In this document: piece after piece, positions 1 through 7,450 of the stretch
Numbering within the stretch: position 1 is the first letter of the stretch
Layout: the number at the start of each line of letters is the position of its first letter
NCBI GenBank assembly: GCA_964545855.1
Contig: CAZJHD010000001.1
Location: 3,428 to 67,427 of the forward strand
Length of the DNA stretch: 64,000 nucleotides
Direction of reading: 5' to 3'
From: an uncultured Planctomycetales bacterium
GTDB taxonomy: Bacteria; Planctomycetota; UBA1135; JACQFD01
The notes under the pieces: generated by a model
Told to the model about the DNA's origin: nothing
Seen by the model: only the letters and a program-made list of their open reading frames with translations
Databases searched by the model: none
Position numbers and translations under genes: made by a program

Positions 1-184
1 CGTCCGTCGACTGGTTGTCCGACGGGTTGGAGCGGCCCGTCGGACGGACGTCCCGGGGCAGTCCGCCGCGCGCGATGCCTCGGCGCGTCGCGGCGCGCGG
101 ATCCGGCTGCTTCGAAGGAGTGCTGGCGCTCTTGGCCCGGGCCTTCTTCGGGGCGCCGGTCTTGGAGCTCTTCCTCGGCGACAT
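1..184 (-). CDS. 5' end of a CDS that runs off the window start. Lys/Arg/Pro-rich N-terminus (MSPRKSSKTGAPKKARAKSAS...). Function unknown.
   Basis: ATG at 184-182 on the minus strand, open to base 1. Strong G/C third-position bias in this frame. It has no stop in the window, so it is absent from the ORF track. No recognisable domain. Confidence 0.3.
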   Translation of the reverse strand, partial: MSPRKSSKTGAPKKARAKSASTPSKQPDPRAATRRGIARGGLPRDVRPTGRSNPSDNQSTD

Positions 185-295
185 CGTGGGTGTGTTCGAG
201 CGCTTTGCGAGGGTCAAGGCAGCCTCTCGCTGGAGTATAGGAGCGCCCTGGGCGTGCCCCGACGTGGAAAGCTCTTCGCGGTCTCGCCGCGGTGA

Positions 296-823
296 TCAGT
301 AGGTGAGGAGCGAATGGACGTCGTGTCCGGGCAAGCGCTTACGGCCTCCGAGCGCCTTCAGCTCGACGACGAACAGGAAGGCGGAGACCGACGCGCCGCA
401 CATCGCGACGAGCTTGCCGGCCGCTTCCGCCGTGCCGCCCGTGGCGAGGAGGTCGTCGACGACGAGAGCCTTCTGCCCCTTCGCGAACGCGTCCTGGTGG
501 ATCTCGATGGTGTCGGTTCCGTACTCGAGCGCGTAGCTCTGCGAGTAGGTCTTCCACGGGAGCTTCTTCGGCTTGCGGATGGGGACGAAGCCGCAGCCCA
601 GGCGGATCGACAGCGCCGCGCCGAAGAGGAAACCGCGCGACTCGATGCCGACCACCGCGTCGGGGAGCCCGATCGGCGCCACCGATTCCGCGAGAGCGTC
701 GATGGTCGCGTGGAATCCCTTGATGTCGCGCAGCAGGGGAGTGATGTCGCGGAAGAGGATCCCCTTCTTCGGGAAGTCGGGGACGTCGCGGATGAGGCTG
801 CGGAGGAGATCGAGGTTCGCCAC
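296..823 (-). CDS. apt: adenine phosphoribosyltransferase
   Basis: 175-aa ORF with a GTG start. N-terminal FPKKGILFRDITPLL, PRPP-binding motif ALVVDDLLATGGTAEA, and typical Apt length. Confidence 0.9.
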   Translation of the reverse strand: MANLDLLRSLIRDVPDFPKKGILFRDITPLLRDIKGFHATIDALAESVAPIGLPDAVVGIESRGFLFGAALSIRLGCGFVPIRKPKKLPWKTYSQSYALEYGTDTIEIHQDAFAKGQKALVVDDLLATGGTAEAAGKLVAMCGASVSAFLFVVELKALGGRKRLPGHDVHSLLTY

Positions 824-938
824 GGTCGAGTCCGGTCGGAGTGGTGCGTTGGGGAAGGGTTCGGTGACGGCTCGCCGATCGGGCGAGGCGGGGGAGTCGG
901 CGGTGGGGCGATCGAGGAGGCGTCGAGCCGCCAGGTTC

Positions 939-2678
939 CTACATCTCGCTCGGCGCGGCGACCCCGAGGAGCTCGAGGGCGCGGGCGAGCACGCGGCGAG
1001 CGCTCTCGACGAGCACGAGCCGCGCGCCGACGAGGTCGGCGCTCCCGGCGTCGAGCACGCGGTGGTCGCGGTAGAAGGCGTTGGCCGTCTGGGCGACCTC
1101 GACGGCGGCGGCGGCGACGAGGTGCGGCTCGAAGCGTTCGGCGGCGAGGGCGACGGTCTCGGGGAAGCGCGCCATCGCGAGGAGGAGCGGCGCCGCCTCC
1201 GGCAGGAGATCGAGGCGCGTACCCGCGGGCACGCCGTCGCCGTCGAGGCGCGCCCCCGACTTGCGCACGACGCTCGCGAGCCGCGCGTGCGTGTACTGGC
1301 AGTAGGGGCCCGTCTCGCCGTCGAAGTTGAGCACTTCCTCCCAGCGGAAGACGACGTCTCGGCGTCGGTCGAGCTTCAGCTCGTTGAAGACGACGGCGCC
1401 GATGCCCACCTGCTCGGCGACGCGCTCGGAGTCGCGCAGGTCGGGGTTCTTGTCGCGGATGACGGTGCGGACGCGCTCCACGGCGGCGTTCAGCACGTCC
1501 TCCAGGATCACGATGTTGCCCTTGCGCGAGCTCATCCTTCCCTCGGGCAGGCGCATCATCCCGAAGTGGGCGTGCTCGACGGAGTCCCACCAGTCGACGC
1601 CGAGACGGCGCAGCACGGCCTTCAGCTCGCGGAAGTGATCGCGCTGCTCGCCGCCCACGACGTAGACGGCCTTCCAGAAGTCGTAGGTGTCCTTGCGGTA
1701 GAAGACCGACGCGAGGTCGCGGGTGAGGTAGAGCGTCGTGCCGTCGCCGGTCTGCAGCAGCGCCGGCTTCTCCGAGCCTTCGATCTCGACGACCAGGGCG
1801 CCCTCGGAGACGGAGGTGATGCCGGCGGACTTCAGGCGCTCGAGGGTGGGCTGCAGGTCCTTCTCGTAGGCGCTCTCGCCGCGCACCTCCGTGAAGGAGA
1901 CGCCGAGGCGCGCATAGATGCGCTCGAACTCCTCGAGGGAGAGAGCCGTCGTCTTCTTCCAGAGGCGGCGTGCCTCGTTCTCCTCGCCCGACTCGAGATC
2001 GAGGAACCACTTGCGCGCCTCGGCGCCGAGCTCGCGCGCGACGTCGCCGCCCTTCTCCTCCTCCTCGTGGTAGCGGACGTAGACGGACTGCAGGTACTCG
2101 ATGGCGGTGCCCGCGGAGGCGTGCTCGTCGAGGGCCGCCTCGGAGCCGTAGCGGCGGAGCGCCGTCAGGAGCTTCCCGAACTGCGACCCCCAATCGCCCA
2201 GGTGGTTGATCCCCGCGACCCGGTGGCCGCGCGCGCGGCAGATGCGCTGGATCGCGGCGCCGATGAGGGTCGAGCGCAGGTGTGCCGCGTGGAAGCGCTT
2301 CGCGATGTTCGGAGAGCTGAAGTCGAGGACGATCGTCCGGCCCGTGCCCTCGTCGCCGTCGCCGTAGCCGGGCGCGAGAGCGGCGGTGATCACCTCGCGC
2401 GCGAGGGCCGCGCGGTCGATCGAGAAGTTGAGGAAGGGGCCCGCGGCGGACGCGCGGATCTCCGGGAGATCGGCGAGCGCGGCGGCGAACGAAGCGGCGA
2501 CGGCTGGCGGCGCCTGCTTCCGTTCCTTCGCGATCGGGAAGCACGGGAACGCGAGGTCTCCGCGCGCCGCGTCGCGCGGCGTCTCGAGGCGGATCGAATC
2601 GGACGGCACCCCGGCCGCTCCGGCGAGGGCCGTGACGATGCGCGATCGAAACGTGTCGAGAGGGGAGCCCGTCGCCAT
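939..2678 (-). CDS. argS: arginine--tRNA ligase
   Basis: Class I aaRS motifs are present: SSPNIAKRFHAAHLRS (HIGH variant) and RMSSRKGNIV (KMSKS variant). The C-terminal anticodon-binding end ...ELLGVAAPSEM is typical of ArgRS. Start trimmed to the internal ATG (MATGSPLD) at 2678; the ORF-track start at 2720 is a TTG. Confidence 0.9.
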   Translation of the reverse strand: MATGSPLDTFRSRIVTALAGAAGVPSDSIRLETPRDAARGDLAFPCFPIAKERKQAPPAVAASFAAALADLPEIRASAAGPFLNFSIDRAALAREVITAALAPGYGDGDEGTGRTIVLDFSSPNIAKRFHAAHLRSTLIGAAIQRICRARGHRVAGINHLGDWGSQFGKLLTALRRYGSEAALDEHASAGTAIEYLQSVYVRYHEEEEKGGDVARELGAEARKWFLDLESGEENEARRLWKKTTALSLEEFERIYARLGVSFTEVRGESAYEKDLQPTLERLKSAGITSVSEGALVVEIEGSEKPALLQTGDGTTLYLTRDLASVFYRKDTYDFWKAVYVVGGEQRDHFRELKAVLRRLGVDWWDSVEHAHFGMMRLPEGRMSSRKGNIVILEDVLNAAVERVRTVIRDKNPDLRDSERVAEQVGIGAVVFNELKLDRRRDVVFRWEEVLNFDGETGPYCQYTHARLASVVRKSGARLDGDGVPAGTRLDLLPEAAPLLLAMARFPETVALAAERFEPHLVAAAAVEVAQTANAFYRDHRVLDAGSADLVGARLVLVESARRVLARALELLGVAAPSEM

Positions 2679-2751
2679 GGGAGGGCGACGAGGGTACGGA
2701 CTCCTCGTGGCGCTTCCCAACGTCGGGCGCGTCGCGCGCTATCCTCCCTTC

Positions 2752-3282
2752 GTGACGGCGCGCGCCCTGCTCCACTCGATCCAGGTCTCGCAGGGCGGAG
2801 TGCCCAAGCGCCCCATCCCCTCGGCGCGGATCCGACGCGACGGCGTCGAGGGCGATCGCCAGACGCACGCCGACATCCACGGCGGCCCCGAGCGCGCCGT
2901 GTGCGTCTTCTCCCTGGAGGTGATCGAGCGGCTCCGCGCCGAGGGCCACCCCATCGAGCCGGGATCGACGGGAGACAACCTCACGGTCTCGGGGATCCCC
3001 TGGCGCGACGTTCGGCCCGGGTCGCGCCTGCGCGTCGGGAGCGACGTGCTCCTCGAGATCGCGAGCCACACGAAGCCCTGCGCGACGATCGCGGGCTCCT
3101 TCGCGGACGGGGATCCCTCGCGCATCGCGCCGAAGAAGCACCCCGAGGAGAGCCGGCTCTATGCCCGCGTCCTGCGGGAGGGCGTGGTGCGCGCCGGAGA
3201 CGCGGTGCTCCTCGAGACCCCCGGTCCGGGAGCGATCGTCGGGAAGATCCTCCGCCGCATCGGCCGCGCGCCGCGGCGCTGA
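2752..3282 (+). CDS. MOSC domain-containing protein (YiiM-like)
   Basis: Matches the MOSC pattern: VSQGGVPKRPI...GVEGDRQ...HGGPERAV...GDNLTVSG...RLRVG..LLEI....KPC. A GTG at 2752 is the first start that does not overlap argS, so the start is uncertain. Confidence 0.8.
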   Translation: MTARALLHSIQVSQGGVPKRPIPSARIRRDGVEGDRQTHADIHGGPERAVCVFSLEVIERLRAEGHPIEPGSTGDNLTVSGIPWRDVRPGSRLRVGSDVLLEIASHTKPCATIAGSFADGDPSRIAPKKHPEESRLYARVLREGVVRAGDAVLLETPGPGAIVGKILRRIGRAPRR

Positions 3283-3298
3283 GGGCGCGCGATCGAGG

Positions 3299-3404
3299 TC
3301 CCGGGAATGGGGTCAGACCCTTTTCCCCTCGCCCCTCTCCCTCGGCGCGCTCGCGCGCCGAGGGAGAGGGGCGAGGGGAAAAGGGTCTGACCCCATTCCC
3401 GGGA
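3299..3404. repeat. 106-bp perfect palindrome. The 52-nt arms (3299-3350 and 3353-3404) are separated by a 2-nt centre. Probably a bidirectional terminator or REP-like element.
   Basis: I reverse-complemented the right arm by hand and it equals the left arm exactly (TCCCGGGAATGGGGTCAGACCCTTTTCCCCTCGCCCCTCTCCCTCGGCGCGC). It lies in the 130-bp gap between the convergent MOSC and ABC-F genes. Confidence 0.85.
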
Positions 3405-3412
3405 CGAGGCCC

Positions 3413-5380
3413 CTACGCGTACTGCCCCCATTCGTCGAGGAGGAAGGCGAGCTCGCGCGTCAGGTCGGCGTGGCGCGTCTGCAGCGTCCGCATCTTCTCG
3501 GCGTCGCGGTAGTTCTCCTCCATCGCCATCGCGTCGACGATCTCGGCGACCTGCGTCTCGACGGCCGCGATCTGCTCCTCGAGCTGCTTCGCCTTGAAGG
3601 CGTTCCGCGGGCGGCGCGGCTCCGATTCGGCTTCCTTCGCCGTTGCCTTGCGGTCCGGCGACTGCGCGCGTGCGGCGGCGCGCCTCTCCTCTCGCTCGCG
3701 CTCCTTCGCGGCCTCGCGCTCGAGCCGATCCTTCTCCTTCTGCTCGCGCTCGCGCTCCGTCCGCAGCGCCTCCTCGCGCTCGCGCCGGCGGCGAGCGGCC
3801 CACTCGGTGTAGCTGCCGGGGAAGGACCGGACGCGTCCGTCCTCGATCTCGAGGACGCGGTCGCAGACGTTGTCGAGGAACGCGCGGTCGTGGCTCACGA
3901 CGACGATCGCCCCCTCGTAGCCCTCGAGCGCCTGCTCGAGCGACTCGCGCGCGCGCAGATCGAGGTGGTTCGTCGGCTCGTCGAGGATCAGGAACGTGTG
4001 CTCCGACAGCACGAGCTTCGCGAGGAGCACCCGCGCACGCTCGCCGCCGGAGAGCGCGCGGACCTCCTTGTCGACGTCCTCGCCGCTGAAGAGGAAGCGG
4101 CCGAGGTGGTCGCGCACCTGCTCCTCCGTCAGGTCGCGCCGGATCCCGTGGACCTCCGAGAGGATCGTCTTGTGGTCCTCGAGGCCCGTGAGCTCCTGGT
4201 CGTAGTAGCCGGGCTGCGCATTCGCGCCGATCTTGAGGAAGCCCTCCGTCGGCTGGAGCCGGCCGACGAGGCAGCGCAGGAAGGTGCTCTTCCCGGCCCC
4301 GTTGGGGCCGATCACCGCGATGCGCTCGCCGCGCAGCAGCATGCAGTCGAGGTGCTCGAAGATGGTGCGCTCGCCGAAGCGCACGGCGAGATCGCGCGTC
4401 TCGAAAGCCACCTCGCCGCCGCGCGACCCCTTGAAGCGGATCTTGGGGCCGCGCTTCTGGGACTTGGGGCCCTCGAGGCGATCCAGACGCTCCAACTTCT
4501 TCAGCCTTCCCTTGGCCTCCGCCGTGCGCTGGGAGCCCATGTTGCGCCGGATGAAGTCCATCTCCTTGTCGATGAAGGCCTGCTGGTTCGCGACGGCGCG
4601 CCGCAGCACCTCGTCGTTCATCTCCTTCTGCTCGCGGCTCTGCGAGTAGTTGCCCTCGTAGCGGATGCACCGCCCGTGATCGAGGTCGAGGATCGCGCTC
4701 ACGGTGGCGTCGAGGAACCGCCGGTCGTGGGAGATCACGAGCACGGCGCCCGGGTAGTCGTGCAGGAACGACTCGAGCCATTCGACGCCCCGGTAGTCGA
4801 CGTGGTTCGTCGGCTCGTCCAGGAGCAGGAGGTCGAAGCCGGCGACGAGCACCTTCGCGAGGGCGAGACGGCTCTTCTCGCCGCCCGAGAGCCGGGACGC
4901 GGGCTCGGTCCATCGCTCGCGCGGGAACTCGAGACCCTCCAGAACCGACTCCACGCGATGCGTGTAGTCGAAGCCGCCCAGGAACTCGATGCGGTGCTGC
5001 ACGTCGTCCATGCGTCGGAGCAGCTTGTCGTGGCGCGATTCGTCCGCCTCGGTGCCGAGCGCCTCGGCGATCTCGTGGAACTCCTTCTCGAGCGCGCGGA
5101 GCTCGTCGAGACCCGAGAGCGCGACGTCGAAGAGCGACGTGTCGGCCGCGAAGGTGGGCGACTGCTCGACGACGCCGATGCGCAGGTCGCTCTTGCGATG
5201 CAGCGCGCCCTCGTCGGGGCGCTCCTCGCCGAGGATCATCCGGAAGATGGTCGTCTTGCCGGTCCCGTTCCGGCCGATGAGGCCGACCTTCTCGCCCTCC
5301 TCGACGGAGAAGGAGATGCCGCGGAAGAGCTCCCTCGAAGCGTAGCGCTTCGCGACGTTGTCGAGACCGAGGACGCTCAT
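3413..5380 (-). CDS. ABC-F family ATPase (Uup/YheS-like, two ABC domains plus a C-terminal coiled coil)
   Basis: Two Walker A motifs (GRNGTGKTT, GPNGAGKST) and two signature motifs (LSGGEKSR, LSGGERAR). No TM domain. Glu/Arg/Lys-rich coiled-coil tail. The real start is the ATG at 5380 (MSVLGLDNV); the upstream 251 aa of the track ORF is Arg-rich shadow. Confidence 0.9.
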   Translation of the reverse strand: MSVLGLDNVAKRYASRELFRGISFSVEEGEKVGLIGRNGTGKTTIFRMILGEERPDEGALHRKSDLRIGVVEQSPTFAADTSLFDVALSGLDELRALEKEFHEIAEALGTEADESRHDKLLRRMDDVQHRIEFLGGFDYTHRVESVLEGLEFPRERWTEPASRLSGGEKSRLALAKVLVAGFDLLLLDEPTNHVDYRGVEWLESFLHDYPGAVLVISHDRRFLDATVSAILDLDHGRCIRYEGNYSQSREQKEMNDEVLRRAVANQQAFIDKEMDFIRRNMGSQRTAEAKGRLKKLERLDRLEGPKSQKRGPKIRFKGSRGGEVAFETRDLAVRFGERTIFEHLDCMLLRGERIAVIGPNGAGKSTFLRCLVGRLQPTEGFLKIGANAQPGYYDQELTGLEDHKTILSEVHGIRRDLTEEQVRDHLGRFLFSGEDVDKEVRALSGGERARVLLAKLVLSEHTFLILDEPTNHLDLRARESLEQALEGYEGAIVVVSHDRAFLDNVCDRVLEIEDGRVRSFPGSYTEWAARRRREREEALRTEREREQKEKDRLEREAAKEREREERRAAARAQSPDRKATAKEAESEPRRPRNAFKAKQLEEQIAAVETQVAEIVDAMAMEENYRDAEKMRTLQTRHADLTRELAFLLDEWGQYA

Positions 5381-5985
5381 CGGCCCGCCGCCTCCGGACG
5401 CGCTTCGTCGGCGGGGACGACCTCGGCGAAGGGGCGTCCCATGAGCCGCTCCAGCTCGGCGCGCTGGGCGCGCGCCTGCTCGGCGTTGCGCCGCAGCCAC
5501 CGCGACTCGCCGTAGCGGACGACGAGATCTCGCTCCCGCTCCTCGAGCGGCACGACGGTCGTGTGGGCGACGCTGAAGTCGGCGACGGAGATCACCAGGT
5601 CGTCGAGCTGGAGCTCCGGGAGCGCGAGCTCGTCGAAGACGCGGCGCAGGAATCGGGGACGCACGCGCCCCTTCTCCACGACCTCCTCGAAGGAGAGCCC
5701 CCGCAGCCAGTGGGTGACGCAGCCGCGCCCGAAGGTGGCGAGCCCGCGGTGCCGGAGCATCGCGTAGCCGACCCACCCGTGGTAGCTGCCGTGCGTCCGC
5801 GACCTGCCGAAGTCGTGCAGCACGGCGCGCACGCGGATGCGCTCGCGCTCGACGCCCTGCCGTCCCTCGCGCAGGGCGTCGGCGATGCGGGTGGCGACGC
5901 CGGCGACGACGTGGGAGTGCTGCACGAAGAGCGGGCGCTCCGGCGCCTCGCGATCGAGCAGGTCCACCGCTTCCTCGTAGTTCAC
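5377..5985 (-). CDS. HD/HDIG-domain phosphohydrolase
   Basis: H...HD metal-binding pattern (VQHSHVVAGV...AVLHDFGR). The GTG start at 5985 overlaps the upstream stop (GTGA). Its own stop overlaps the ABC-F ATG (ATGA). Confidence 0.75.
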   Translation of the reverse strand: MNYEEAVDLLDREAPERPLFVQHSHVVAGVATRIADALREGRQGVERERIRVRAVLHDFGRSRTHGSYHGWVGYAMLRHRGLATFGRGCVTHWLRGLSFEEVVEKGRVRPRFLRRVFDELALPELQLDDLVISVADFSVAHTTVVPLEERERDLVVRYGESRWLRRNAEQARAQRAELERLMGRPFAEVVPADEARPEAAGR

Positions 5986-6431
5986 GGCCGGCTCGCGGGG
6001 GGAAGGGCTCGGAGGAACGCGAAGGCGCCGCGCGCGAGGGCGCGCAGGTTCGGATGCCGCAGCTGCTCCTCGACGCGCGCCGGCGTCGACCAGGAGAGTT
6101 CGTCGTGCTCGTCGGAGAGAACCACGGCGGCATCGTCGACGCGTGCGAGGAAGTAGGTGACCTCCTTCGGTCGCCCCGCCTCGCGTCCTCGCGGCACGTC
6201 GTAGCGAAGCACCTGCTCGAAGCCCGGGACGAGCTGGAAACGATCGATGCCGGTCTCCTCGCGCAGCTCGCGGCAGGCGGCCGCGTAGAGGTCCTCGCCG
6301 TCGTCGACGTGCCCCTTCGGGAATCCCCAGTCTCCGCGGCGGCGGTTGCGCAGCAGGAGCATGTGATCGGCGCCGTCGACGGCGGCGACGACCACGAATC
6401 CGGAGGCGAGGATGGGAGGAGGAGGCGTCAC
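5982..6431 (-). CDS. NUDIX hydrolase
   Basis: Nudix box GHVDDGEDLYAAACRELREETGI (GX5EX7REUXEEXGU). 149 aa with a GTG start. Confidence 0.85.
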   Translation of the reverse strand: MTPPPPILASGFVVVAAVDGADHMLLLRNRRRGDWGFPKGHVDDGEDLYAAACRELREETGIDRFQLVPGFEQVLRYDVPRGREAGRPKEVTYFLARVDDAAVVLSDEHDELSWSTPARVEEQLRHPNLRALARGAFAFLRALPPASRP

Positions 6432-6499
6432 GTGGGATCCGGCGGACCGGCGGGAAACGCACCAGTCTGCGGGATCGGCGCGGCGGAGCCAATCGGCCC

Positions 6500-7435
6500 G
6501 TGCCGTGGCCGCATCGGCTCCCTCCGGAGGACCGGCGCGTGCACGGGAGCGTACACTCCGCCCCGATCGTCATGGCCGGACCCTGCGACGCGCTCCGCAC
6601 GCGCGGCACGACGCACGCCGTCGTCGCCGCCGGATCCGACGGCGTGCGCGTCGACGTTCGCGTCCCCCCGGGCATGCCGCACGTGCGACCGTCGCAGTTC
6701 TTCATGGTGCGGCGCGCCGATGGGGAGGGACCGCTCCTCGCGCGCCCCTTCTCGCTCTATCGACGGCGCGTGGAGGCGGAGGGCGACGTGCTCTCGTTCC
6801 TCCTCAAGGTGATGGGGCCCGGCACGCAGGCGCTCTCGCGGCTCGCGGCCGGAGACGGCGTCGACCTCGTGGGACCGCTCGGTCGCGGCTTCCCCGACGT
6901 GGAGCCCGGCGAGCGTCTCGCCTGCGTCGCCGGCGGCGTCGGGATCGCGACGTTCCCGTTGGTCTTCGAAGCGGCGAGCGCGCGCGGCGCACGGCCCGGC
7001 GACCTGACGCTCTGCTTCGGCGCCGCGCGGGCGTCCCTCCTCTACGAGATCGAGACCTACGCCGCGGCGGGCGTCCGCGTCCGCGCCGCCACGGACGACG
7101 GATCGCCGGCGCCGGGTCGCATCGCCACGCGGCGCGGCACGGCCCTGGATCTGCTGCGCGAGGAGTGCGCCGATCCAGCGCGCCGTCCCCACCGCGTCTT
7201 CGCCTGCGGTCCCGAGCGGATGCTGGAGGCAGTGTCGGCCTTCTGCCGCACGGAGGGAGTGCCGGGCTGGCTCTCCCTCGAGACGCGCATGGGGTGCGGC
7301 ACGGGAGTCTGCAACGTCTGCGCCGTGCCCGTGAGGCCGTCGACCAACGGTGGATGGCCCGTGGCGAAGGCCTGCCGCGAGGGTCCCGTGTTCCGTGTCG
7401 ACGACCTCGTGCTGAGCGAGCCGCACCAGCTCTGA
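6500..7435 (+). CDS. PyrK-like FAD/NAD(P)-binding oxidoreductase with a C-terminal 2Fe-2S motif (dihydroorotate dehydrogenase electron-transfer subunit family)
   Basis: FAD-binding RPFS motif (LARPFSLYRR), nucleotide-binding GPLG and VAGGVGIA, and C-terminal MGCGTGVCNVC...ACREGPVF cluster cysteines. A GTG start is at 6500 and an alternative ATG at 6572. Confidence 0.75.
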   Translation: MPWPHRLPPEDRRVHGSVHSAPIVMAGPCDALRTRGTTHAVVAAGSDGVRVDVRVPPGMPHVRPSQFFMVRRADGEGPLLARPFSLYRRRVEAEGDVLSFLLKVMGPGTQALSRLAAGDGVDLVGPLGRGFPDVEPGERLACVAGGVGIATFPLVFEAASARGARPGDLTLCFGAARASLLYEIETYAAAGVRVRAATDDGSPAPGRIATRRGTALDLLREECADPARRPHRVFACGPERMLEAVSAFCRTEGVPGWLSLETRMGCGTGVCNVCAVPVRPSTNGGWPVAKACREGPVFRVDDLVLSEPHQL

Positions 7436-7450
7436 CGCGCCGCGGTCCTT

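Noticed and set aside
15-302. 95-aa plus-strand ORF at the window start
   Set aside because: It has a TTG start, no motifs, and poorer third-position bias than the opposite-strand frame, which looks coding (feature 1..184).
358-3512. Very long ORFs 358..3141 (-) 927 aa and 573..3512 (+) 979 aa spanning apt, argS and the MOSC gene
   Set aside because: Their composition is extreme in Arg, Ala, Gly and Pro, with no motifs. They overlap well-supported genes in other frames. These are typical stop-poor shadow frames of a ~70% GC genome.
5381-6133. N-terminal extensions offered by the ORF track, for example 3413..6133 for the ABC-F gene. The same issue affects 5377..6705, 15525..19541, 19594..22572, 34976..38743, 35060..38275, 38678..40705, 44901..48197, 50034..55886 and 59962..63705.
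   Set aside because: The extended parts are Arg/Pro-rich, overlap the preceding real gene, and end exactly where a start codon with a 4-nt stop overlap or an RBS begins the recognisable protein. I trimmed these to internal starts.
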